Source: Balanoglossus misakiensis
Taxonomy: Eukaryota > Animalia > Hemichordata
Direction: 5' to 3'
DNA length: 64,000 bases
Assembly (NCBI GenBank): GCA_040954595.2
Contig: CM082588.2
Coordinates: 10,214,844 to 10,278,843, forward strand
Shown here: piece after piece, positions 1-9,948 of the stretch
Layout of the letters: each line of letters begins with the position of its first letter
Position numbering within the stretch: position 1 is the stretch's first letter
Notes under the pieces: model-generated
Told to the model about the DNA's origin: nothing
Database searches by the model: none
What the model saw: only the letters and a program-made list of their open reading frames with translations
Made by a program: the position numbers and the translations under genes

Positions 1-19
1 GCCAGAGAATGTCCAAGAG

Positions 20-1116
20 ATGGTATCTACTGCCTCAAAATACTTAGATGCCCGAGGGTGGTGGAAACTGCCAAGTAATGCCAAGAATAATCCAAGGAGC
101 CAGCCGACAGCAAATACCAAGCCTTCTGTATATCCAAATCAAGTAAATAAGTTTAATAACAAAACCAATGGTTCCCATGTTTTTAAAGGTACGTGCTTCG
201 TATGTGGTAAAGGTGGTCATATGGCCAAAGATTGTAGAAGTAAGCCAAAGATGCATAAGACGGCGGTATTGTTAACTGAAGAAGATAGAAACTATCCACC
301 TAAACAAGAATGTACACATTGGGGCAACCGTCAACAGCCCAGGGGACTAGACACTGGTTATGCATGTATGGTGGTAGCAATGGAAATAGATAAAACAGAT
401 GCAACACTGAATAAGGAGTTCGTGTTACCATGTGGTCATAAGCTCCCAGTGATGAGTGCTGCTTGTAGTGCCCATGGAGTGAAGAAGATGCCGGTAATGA
501 AGGGATTGCTCGATGGTAAGCTGGTTAGCGTTTTGCGTGATAGTGGGTGTAGTAGCGTGGTAGTTCGAAGAAGTCTGGTGTCAAGTAATCAGCTGACTGG
601 TGAGTACAGGACGTGTGTTCTGATAGATGGGACTATTAGAAGAGTACCTGTAGCCTCTATAAAAGTTGATACCCCTTACTTTGTTGGTGATGTTACTGCA
701 CTGTGCATGATGAACCATGTGTATGATTTAATACTGGGCAACATTGATGGTGTATCTGACCCTTCGAATCCTGATACTACATGGCAGGAACCATTGCCGA
801 CATGTAGACTGTGTACAACTGTTGGACAGGTACCAGGTTTAGCAAATGCTGTGGAGACCAGAGCCCAGAAGATAGCCAACCAAAAACCAATCAGAGAGCT
901 TAAAGTACCTAAAGCTGTTGGTGAAGTGGTGATGCCAGGGAAGCTTCAACAAGCTCAAGAAGAAGACTCCACTCTTGACAAACTACGTGAGAAGGCAATT
1001 TTGGGTGACGAGAAAGTGACTAGGAATGGAGGTAGGTTGAAGTTCATCATGAAAGATGGGATCCTGTACAGAGAGTTCAATTCGCCAATGGTCCAATTTG
1101 GTGAAAAGCTGTTACA
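20..1116 (+). pseudogene. Gag C-terminus (zinc knuckle), aspartic protease and pre-integrase linker of the retrotransposon polyprotein
   Basis: ORF 20..1219 is retroelement-like up to ...QFGEKLL; the remainder is read-through into the insert. Removing 1117-6593 restores the frame: CTG TTA CA|G GTG GTG GTT CCC = LLQVVVP. Confidence 0.88.
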
Positions 1117-1158
1117 CACTGCGGGAAATACTAGAGCTATGTTGGGCAGTATTCCGCG
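1117..1158 (+). repeat. Left bipartite terminal repeat: CACTGCGG, 18-bp spacer, TGGGCAGTATT-CCG
   Basis: TGGGCAGTATT lies at positions 27-37 from the end, the same offset as at the right end. Confidence 0.85.
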
Positions 1159-1200
1159 AAGCGCGAGCTCCCATGTTCACCATAGCAACGCATTGCCAAG

Positions 1201-1851
1201 ATGGCGGCGCCCGTGTTGATCGATGCCGAGAAAGTTATAAAACGCAAATTGCGAGAGGCAAAATCTGTGCTTAAACGTAAAAAATGCGTGTCGGACAATC
1301 TGTATATACACCCACTCTTTGATGAACTTGAGGATGTGACAACAAGGGCCATATTTCGAAACGACAAGCTGTCAAAGGACAAGATTCGTTGGCGTGACGT
1401 CGCCGTATTTCCCATGTTTCAGCGTGATATGACCTACTGGCAGAAGACCTTCTACGCTCGGCTGTCAACATCCCCGTCGTTAAGGTCACCATGGCAAAGC
1501 AGCTTTACACGACAAATGCCGAGGGAAGTATTTGATGTTTTTCATCAGTTTGCTACTCGGACCGGTTTTGGTATCGACGAGAAGACCTCCAGGGCTATCA
1601 TAACCTTGACCTTCACAAGTTCCTTGAAGCTATTGTATGTGATACGGAAAGGTTATTGCTACGAGGGCGCTATCGGTCAGCATACAGAGAATATCCTAGA
1701 GAAGAAAGTCCGTGGAAAGAGGGTAGCTGTTATATTCACACCTGAGAAGCCCTGTGTTGTGAAATATTTTATCAACAGGGAGACTGTTGCTGTTAGATTC
1801 AGCTTTGGTGCCTGGAACAAACATGGAATTCCATTACATCCAGAGAACTGA
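1201..1851 (+). CDS. Transposon accessory protein, 216 aa, basic, family not recognised
   Basis: Uninterrupted ORF starting in a CAAGATGGCGG context 84 bp inside the left end; AATAAA follows at 1980-1985. Confidence 0.75.
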   Translation: MAAPVLIDAEKVIKRKLREAKSVLKRKKCVSDNLYIHPLFDELEDVTTRAIFRNDKLSKDKIRWRDVAVFPMFQRDMTYWQKTFYARLSTSPSLRSPWQSSFTRQMPREVFDVFHQFATRTGFGIDEKTSRAIITLTFTSSLKLLYVIRKGYCYEGAIGQHTENILEKKVRGKRVAVIFTPEKPCVVKYFINRETVAVRFSFGAWNKHGIPLHPEN

Positions 1852-1979
1852 ACCCTATTGATTTTTCACACTGATTCAACCCATCTGAGGAACATTTTTT
1901 TCCTGATCTGTGGCACATGTTGTTCAGTGTAGATGTATCAGTCTGTCAAGACAGTCCTCTCACAATTGACATATATTCA

Positions 1980-2030
1980 AATAAAAAAAGGAAAATTAGA
2001 AGACTCAAAAATTCATCACTTGTCTTTATT
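1980..2030. promoter_or_regulatory. Candidate opposed polyadenylation signals of the two convergent genes
   Basis: AATAAA on + at 1980-1985 and TTTATT (AATAAA on -) at 2025-2030. The region is AT-rich, so chance matches are possible. Confidence 0.4.
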
Positions 2031-2703
2031 TATCTACATTCAATACAAATGAACAGATAATGTTTACAAAATTTCCTAAACTGTAAAATTCTTTTTTTCC
2101 ATCATTATTGTAACATAGATTTTTCATTAGTTTCAGAAAAAAATGTATGTTACCTACAATCAACATTGATAAGTCAATCAAAACTGCTCATCTAACAGTT
2201 AACCAGGATTTCTGGTCTAAATTTAATTAATATTTACAATTAATTCCATGACAAAATTTATAAATATCAAGAATTTGATGAGACTTAATTCTTTATTTTT
2301 TCACAAATTCATTAAAATTTCGTGCAGGTGCAGAATAAACAACTCCTCAAGAAAAATGTAAAACTTTTCTATCAAGCTTATGTATGTCATACATTTTAAT
2401 TTTGCAAAGCACTGCAATCACTATACGATTAAGGGTTTATTCACAATACTTAATAGTGGTAAGATAAGTTTCAATTTCCCTGTCCCCATACATGCACACA
2501 TATACAAAATCCCATAAGAAACATATCATCTCCAGTTCAAAAAGTGTGAATTCATGTGATTTGTGATCTCCATTTTTATTAAATGCAGCTCTCAACTACA
2601 GATGAGTCTTTATAATTCTGTAATGTAATTAATACTATAGTTATCCTTTAATTCTAAAGTAGCACACAGTGACACAATCCACTGTTTCAAATTCAATCAT
2701 TGT

Positions 2704-5700
2704 TCACAGCATAAGTTTCTTGAGTTTATTTGATATTTTACCAGTGACAGCTGCTTTTTTTATGTCATCCATAATTGGGTCAACACATATTTCACAGGCA
2801 GTCATTGTTTCATTTTTTTAAATTGCCACACATACAGTAGCCTGCATTCTCATAATATCGACTGGGAATGTATTTTTCTTTTTCTTTAAGCTCAAATTGA
2901 CCTACATTTGCATTTCTATAGTTGTCAGCTTTTGGACTTTTGTTCCTCAGCCAAAAAAGCATCACATATTCGTGTCGAAATATGAGGGCCCACCTATTTT
3001 GAGGTGTATAATTTTCACTGAATTCTAGCAGGCGTAGATGCTTTGCCTCTCTGCCTTCCATTGTGTTTAGGCCTAATCCCAGACTGAATTGCTTATAGAT
3101 ACTAGTGGTGTGTTTTGGGACTACATAACCAATGTGCCACACAGTATTATTGACATTCAGAAACAGGGAATGTAGATTAAAGTACCACCGACACTTATGC
3201 CTAAGTACAAGCAAATCTCCCTCATTTATGTTGAATCGTGAGAATAACAAAGTGATATCTCTAAGCAAGATACCAGTATATGTGTAGAGAGCTAATTGAG
3301 CCCGACGCTTTGGTCTGTCTGTATCGCTTCTCAATGCTAATACCAATCCTATGAAATGCCAAGCAAGTTTGCGAGACTCCTCACCAGTGAAGCGATAAAC
3401 CACATTAATGTTGGCATTTGACTTGACACTATTTTCATTGAAGTATTTTACAATCTTATTATACAACTTTCCAGCTTTTACTTGATATTTTAGGGCAGAC
3501 AGGAATTTGTACAGATATGACTCGTTAGGTAGATTCTCAATTTTAACTCCATTTTCACGACCCTTTTCCGAAGTGTGGGCAACTGCGTCAATCAGTAATC
3601 GTTGGAAGTAGTATTGCCATGCATTGTTCTTTAAATGCAATGGCTCAGCCTTGGCACAATCAATAAATCTACCCAACGGTGGTACAAATTCCTGTCTTGA
3701 CCTCAGACTGGCTATAAATTGTGTGATTTTGGGTCGCACTGTTTTGGGCTTTCCAGTTTTAATTTTCTTAGTTGACTTCAACTTTTCAACAGCTTCTGCA
3801 TCTTTAATTCTTTTCTGATATTTCCATTCATCCCACTTCTGACCTGGGCCAATTTCTGCTCCAATACAATCAATATCATTTTTGGAACGTTAGCAAATGA
3901 GCTGAAATACTTTGCTGCATTGCTTAGTTCTCCAGACACACTGGCCAATCCCTTCTGATCAAAGGGTAAAAGTGACACCTGAAAAGTTACATCAAGACTG
4001 CCAACTTTATATTTACGTTTCTCAATACACTCAAGGTCTTTTGACAATGCAATTGCAAATTCAATCATTATGGGGTCATCCTCTTTTATGTTTGCCCCTA
4101 ATAGGAGAAAATTGTGGTCTGGGCTAGCAACACGGTGGGTCACATTCAAGAAACTAACTAGCCATGCAGTGGCCTGTCCATGTTTGCCAAACGGAGCCCC
4201 GTCAGCACCTATACTGATTTGAAATGAGCCCTCCTGTTTACCGAACCAGTTAAGAATATCAGGCTGTGTTTCCCCCATATTTAAATATAAACTGGCAATC
4301 TTAATAAGCAACTCCTCAGGGTTTCTTTTTAAGCCGACTTGTTTGCCTTCAGATGATATAATTGGCTCAAGATTTCCAATGTCAAGGTTACTTACATACT
4401 GTACAACTTTTGTGTATGGGAGCAGTCTTGGTATTCTACAGCCAGAATGAATTTCTAATGCTTTCCTAGGATGTTTCAAGTTGGAGAACATCTGAAGTTC
4501 ACTCTGCCTCAGACAGTTATATTTTCGTTTGGATAGTACTCCGCCCTCATACATAGTTCTGACACTCCTCACCAAATTGTTCTCACTTTTCTCAAATTTA
4601 CTGATGTATTTATCAAATACTGATGGCATTACTTTTTTACTGATTTGGGGAGAGGTTCTGAAGAATGTTTTCATTTGGTCAGGAGTGGCAGAATTAACAA
4701 GAGTATACCACAAACCATCAAGTGCTGCTTTTGGTGGATGTAGTACATTCGGTTTATTTATACCTTTGGCTGGGCTTACATCTGTAGTTGCTACATGAAT
4801 ATTTATGGCTGCTGATAAGGTTTCACACCTACGTTCATACTGTTGACGTCGCGACAGCTTCAAAGATTCACTATTATCTGCACATACTTCAGTGTTCTTG
4901 TGGACCCATTTAGAGCGTTTCACATTAACAACATCAACAGGAATCTGAAAGATTAAGTGTGTGATAAATATATACTAATTAGAATATAATCATTATATAT
5001 AAAATAAAATCTTCTTACAAGTTAATCATTAATTTAAATGTCCTTGATAAGAAATACACACGTGTAGCCTGTATTTTTCTGACAACTTCTGCAATAAAAA
5101 TCCTAAAAAATATACATAGTTTGTTGGAAAACCTAGATGTTTTGCATCAAAGCTGAACCCATTTTGTTATCATTGTTTACACAGGATCATGTGACATGAA
5201 GTTCAAAAAGCGAATTTGGGCTAAAATTTGAAGAGGATTTATACAAATCTGAGATTTTTAAAATTATGACTAAGTCTATTTATCTGATCTAGCTTACCTT
5301 TCTCTTATTATTCTTTGTAGCTAAGATCTCACAAATCTTACTGTTCTTCTTCTCTAGTCTAGCTAGCTGGGTTGAGGATCTTTTTACTAGTCTCCTAGCT
5401 GCACTCAACTTATTCAACTTATCCTGAATTATGCTTTCTTCCTCATCTCTCTTTCTCTTTCTCTGTCTACACCACTCTCCTAAGTTAAACCTGTGTTTAG
5501 TCTGTCCTCTCTTTGTTCTAACTACCAATAGGTTGTTGGCCACGCTCCCAGACAAAGATCTAGTCTTCAATTTCTCCTGATATAGTTGTTGTAAACACTT
5601 CTCTTCAGCTACCTGTCTCGCTATCTTTTGGTCCTTTGCCCACTGGCCTATGTTGAAGTAACTTTTCCCTTTTCTATTCGGCATAACAATAGACAAACTT

Positions 5701-5741
5701 TTAAGAAGTGCGCTACTCCTGTTGAATAGTTTGCCCCACAT
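2704..5741 (-). pseudogene. RAG1/Transib-like DDE transposase, about 890 aa reconstructed; coding exons 5741-5298 and 4944-2704; two 1-bp frameshifts (~3886 and in the A-run at 2813-2819)
   Basis: Motifs in RAG1/Transib order: LSKRKYNCLR..LLPYTKV; IGADGAPFG (D, 4201-4203); PFDQK (D, 3958-3960); AEPLHLKNN; YRFTGEESRKL; LGLGLNTMEGREAKH (E, 3047-3049). Compare RAG1 SCDGMG / YDEK / LHCDI / MNGNFAR / GAWASEGNESGNK. The corrected frames read FANV-SKNDIDCIGAEIGPGQKWDEWKYQKR and YCMCGNLK-NETMTACEICVDP...LML*. Confidence 0.8.
4945..5297 (-). other. 353-bp phase-0 GT-AG intron of the transposase gene
   Basis: Donor AAG|GTAAGC at 5298/5297 and acceptor TTTCAG|ATT at 4945/4944. Splicing joins ...NNKRK to IPVDVVNVKRSKW in frame. 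Confidence 0.8.
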
Positions 5742-6549
5742 GGCTCTAAATCTATACCTGAAAAGGGTGAACAAGAGAAATATCTTTACAATAATTATCT
5801 ATCCGAGGGAAGCAAAAACAAAACACCTGCTCATTATACTTCCTCCAGAAATTGAGGTCAAAGGTGACATAGAAAGAATGTGGGTAACCTTACCATAACA
5901 ATCTCGCCCATTCATTTTTTTCTTATTTCGTTTTCACCCTCGAATTTCCAGCGAATTATATCAAGAATATATTTTAGCACAAACTATTGGTTTCTGATTT
6001 TTCAGTTACGGTCTTATTTTCTGTCAATTCTATGAACAATATCACCATGTCGCCGAAAATTCGAAGCGCCGCCATTACAATCAATGTAACCCGTGCTGCT
6101 GCCAAGGAACACACAGGGTCGTATATTTTCGCTTGGTATGATTTCGTCATATTGCTTGTAGCAGCATTTTAAACATGGAATCCTATGTTTACGTATAAAA
6201 GACTAAATTCGTATGGTTTTCAAATTGAAAAAAACAATTCTGTGAAGCTGAATCGTTGTAATTTTTAGTGTTTGTTTATGGTTGCTTAGGACGGCTTCTG
6301 CTATAGCAACGGCCAGGGACTGTCAGCGGGTGATCAAAATGTTCAAGTTATTTGGCTGATACACATAAATAACACAGCAGAATCGCAACTTTATTTCATA
6401 TTGTCTCTGACATCTTGCTAATTTTACTAAACAAAACTTGGAATAAAGCAATATTACTCACCGAATTATGCTGTGCATCGACAGCTGTGTTCGATCGCGA
6501 ACGCCATTACTGTGTCTAATTAAATATTCATGAGCTTCATAGGCTGCCA

Positions 6550-6590
6550 CGGAAATACTGCCCATAGGTGGCGTCGTTCAAGCTGTAGTG
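6550..6590 (-). repeat. Right bipartite terminal repeat: CACTACAG, 18-bp spacer, TGGGCAGTATTTCCG
   Basis: Reverse complement reads CACTACAGCTTGAACGACGCCACCTATGGGCAGTATTTCCG. Confidence 0.85.
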
Positions 6591-6593
6591 ACA

Positions 6594-8600
6594 GGTGGTG
6601 GTTCCCAGAGTGTATCGTAACCAGGTGATGAGACTAGCCCATGAATCAGTGCTGGGTGGTCACCACGGAACTCACAAGACCACAGACAAGATCCTCAGCA
6701 ACTTCGTTTGGCCTGGGCTAACATCAGATGTTTCCCGTTACTGTCAGTCCTGTGATTCATGTCAACGGACACAACCAAAGGGACGGGTGACCAAGGTACC
6801 ACTTGGAAGTATGCCACTAATAGATATCCCTTTCCTACGTATTGCAGTAGACCTGGTTGGCCCTATTCATCCATGCACTGAACGCAAGAATAGGTACATA
6901 CTTACTGTTGTTGATTATGCAACACGCTATCCGGAGGCTGTTGCATTGACTAACATTGATACCAAGACTGTTGCAGAGGCGCTCCTGGACATCTACTCAA
7001 GAGTGGGGTGTCCACGTGAAATTCTGACAGATCAAGGAACTCAATTTACATCAGATGTGATGCGTGAGGTCAGCCGGCTTTTGTCTATAAAGCAGATGAC
7101 TACCACCCCATACCACCCAGCATTCAATGGTCTAGTGGAACGGTTCAATGGTACATTGAAACTCATGCTCAGGAAGATGTGTGAGGAACGTCCAACATAT
7201 TGGGATCGTTATCTGAATGCTTTACTATTTGCCTACAGAGAAACGCCTCAATCGAGCACAGGATTCTCTCCGTTTGAGTTACTTTATGGGAGGAGTGTGC
7301 GTGGTCCAATGGCTATCTTGAAAGAACTATGGACTGGAGAGATCAGTGAACCAGAAACCAAAACGACTTATCAATACATCCTTGATCTTCAAAAGAAATT
7401 AAAGAAGGCATGCGATTTAGCAAGACAAGAACTGAAGATATCACAAGGCAAATACAAGTCCTACTACAATAGAAAGGCCAAATGGAGGAAGTTCAACAAA
7501 GGTGACGAGGTGTTATTGCTACTACCTACTGACCATAATAAACTACTTATGCACTGGAAGGGTCCTTTTCCAGTGGTGGAGAAAGCGAGCAATATGGATT
7601 ACAAGATTGACTTTGGTCATAGGGTGAAAACATTCCATGCCAACCTGTTGAAGAGGTACTATCGAAGAACTGATCAGCTAGATGAAGTATCAGCTGGACT
7701 TCTTGAGATTGTGTGTGTATCTGTGATAGATGAGCAGAGTTATGAATCTTCAGAAGTACAAGAGAACACAGGGGTTAAAGTAAACGATGACTTACTGCGG
7801 GTTCCTGCATTCAAGCAGAAAGAATTTGCTGCAGATGTGAATGTATGTGACAACTTGTCAGACATACAGAAGCAAGTGGTGAGGAGGTTGCTGATCAATT
7901 ACAAAGATATGTTAACTGATATTCGTGGTAACACCAACCTGGGTTTCCATGACATCAAGTTGATGGATCCAACACCAGTATGCAGTAGGCCATACCCCAT
8001 CCCTCATGCACTCCGTGAAGCAGTGAAAGATGAAGTCAAAACGATGATTAAGATGGGAGTAGCTGAACCTTCAGAGAGTCCATATGCTGTTCCACTGGTA
8101 ATGGTGAAGAAATCTGATGGGTCCAATCGTTGTTGTGTTGACATGAGAAAGCTCAATCGCATAACAGTGTTTGATGCAGAGCCTACACCAGACCTGAGTG
8201 AGCTTTTTGCTTTTTGCTAAGTTATCCAAGGATCACTATTTCACTAAAGTAGATCTCAGCAAAGAATATTGGCAAGTCCCGTTGACTGATAATTCTAAAC
8301 AATTGACGGCATTTATCACGCATGATGGGCTATACCAATTTATCAAAATGCCTTTCGGACTTGTAAATAGTGCTGCGACTTTTAGCAGAATTATGAGAAG
8401 ATTGTTAAGAGATATGAAGAACGTAGACAACTATATCGATCACATACTGATCCACACTGCATCATGGGAAGAACATATCAAGACAATTACAGATTTGATG
8501 AGCAGACTACGAAAGGCAAAGTTAACAGCGAGACCAACTAAGTGTTATGTGGGTTATGAGCAGATCGATTTCCTGGGTCATGTGGTTGGTCATGGTGAAC
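6594..8600 (+). pseudogene. Integrase followed by partial reverse transcriptase of the Gmr1-like element
   Basis: ORFs 6595..8220 and 8198..8812. Frameshift caused by a 7-bp duplication at 8204-8217; catalytic YxDD mutated to YIDH; similarity ends after FLGHVVGHGEL. Confidence 0.9.
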
Positions 8601-8708
8601 TAGTCCTGTTTCAAAATGACCTACATTACAGGTCCTATGCACACGTATTACATGTTCTGATTGGTTTATCCACTTCTCTAAGGTCCACTTGCGGCTCGCT
8701 GATTGGAG

Positions 8709-8957
8709 GGACCTTATGTGTTAGGTCATATTACTATGTATTATTCACCAGACCTTGTAGGTTAGGTCTTATTACAATGCATTATTCACTTTACAGCTCC
8801 CTGATTGGTTAATGTGTAGGTCTGGTCCTCCAGTGTTCACTGCCTCATTATGCAGGACCTTGTAGGTTAGGTCTTATTAATATGTATTTATTCACCATAC
8901 AGCTCCCTGATTGGTTAACGTGTCAGTCTGGTCCCCCCAGTGTTCACTGCCTCATTG
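8709..8957. repeat. ~105-bp tandem duplication (two copies plus a partial upstream copy) containing CTGATTGG motifs
   Basis: GACCTTGTAGGTTAGGTCTTATTA...CAGCTCCCTGATTGGTTAA...CAGTGTTCACTGCCTCATT starts at 8751 and again at 8856. Confidence 0.8.
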
Positions 8958-9302
8958 TGAAATGTCCCATGTGCTTCCTGGCTAGCGTTGTGGTAACATA
9001 TTATTCGGGGTGTCCGCAGATCGTTCATTGATTTTCTGAGAAATAGCCTAACTGATACTATCTCCAACATAAACCGCACCCTGGAAAGATTAAATGATCT
9101 TTTAGGTGGACTTTGAAAATCTGATTAACTCATCTAAGCATTTTAGCTAAGTTGTATATTTTTTAATTATAATCATACAAAATACTTAAAAAATAAAAAC
9201 AATGTTCAGTTTTAATACCCACTGATGAGGGGAAACATCAGTTTCAAATTCTTTTCATGGGAGCGCTTGAGCAGAGTTATGAGTTTTGCTCTGTGAAAGA
9301 AA

Positions 9303-9445
9303 ATGGGGGGATTTCAAAATTTTGGCAGTTCGGAAGGGGGATTTCAAAATATTTCGGGTTGTGAAAGGGGGGGGGGCATGTGAAAATTAGCGGTAAAAGA
9401 TGAATTCCCCCCCCCCCCCCTCCAGAGGTGTTTGTGAATGCAGCC
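9303..9445. mobile_element. Probable single end of a non-autonomous DNA transposon (GCC end followed by TAA, PIF/Harbinger-like)
   Basis: Repeated GGGGGATTTCAAAAT and G/C runs, ending ...GTGAATGCAGCC|TAA. Matching end not found. Confidence 0.3.
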
Positions 9446-9948
9446 TAAGAAAGAAAAAATGTGAAATGGGTCAAATATGGGCCGGACGTGCCCATTCAAC
9501 TCAATTTACTTTTGTTTGCTTTAAGTAGGAATTGATCACAGCTATATTTATTTTGGACACCTGAGCGACAAGAAAACAATCTGATTCTACATTTTAAAAA
9601 GCGTCATTGGAAAAGCACTGCAATTTTGTTTCTTGCTTTAAAAAAGTTTGGGGTGGCATGTAATAATTAAGGTGTGTCTAAATTACTAATTTGGTGCACC
9701 TCAAAGCCCTTAGCCAATGTAAATTATATCCTGCATTGTATTCATGAAGGATATCCTCCCGCGAGGTCAATGCCATTCAATGTCAAACAGTCTCAACAAA
9801 GACCATTGGACACTCATAGCCGTTTTGTATGAAAGTGACTGGAGTACGAGATGAGTTTCATGACAACAACAAATCATGCTCAGTCTCGCTGCAGGGTCTA
9901 TAATTTCAATAACGGCTAGACGCTGGACACTATCTTAGGTAACACTTT

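Larger units (their letters stand above)
1117..6590 (-). mobile_element. 5,474-bp cut-and-paste DNA transposon, RAG1/Transib/CMC-related, with two convergent genes
   Basis: TSD ACA at 1114-1116 and 6591-6593. Ends read CACTGCGG... and ...CTGTAGTG (reverse complement CACTACAG). Excision restores the host polyprotein frame. Internal DDE transposase present. Confidence 0.92.
1..8600 (+). mobile_element. Decayed Gmr1-like Ty3/Gypsy LTR retrotransposon internal region (Gag-PR-IN-RT order); 5' part lies outside the window, 3' truncated within RT; interrupted by a DNA transposon at 1117-6590
   Basis: CCHC knuckle CFVCGKGGHMAKDC; protease LRDSGCS; integrase HHCC (AHES..GGHHG..CQSCDSC), rve core (AVDLVGP..TDQGTQF..VERFNG) and WKGPF motif, all upstream of RT (SPYAVP..DMRKLN..MPFGL..YIDH). 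Integrase before RT is the established Gmr1 hallmark. No RNase H or LTR seen. Confidence 0.9.

Noticed and set aside
1117-1219. C-terminal HTAGNTRAML...RRPC of ORF 20..1219
   Set aside because: Read-through into the inserted transposon end, not part of the polyprotein.
1201-1851. ORF2 as RAG2-like, making the element a true ProtoRAG
   Set aside because: Too short for a six-bladed kelch domain, no kelch GG or PHD motifs seen, and the TSD is 3 bp rather than 5 bp.
5894-6075. Upstream coding exon starting at minus-strand ATGGCGGCG
   Set aside because: That frame stops after 33 codons, and no frame splices openly into the 5757 exon; treated as UTR or uORF.
8601-8812. Tail of ORF 8198..8812, and TAGTCCTG at 8601 as the start of an Academ element
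   Set aside because: The tail has no RT or RNase H motifs; no matching CAGGACTA end or TSD was found in the window.
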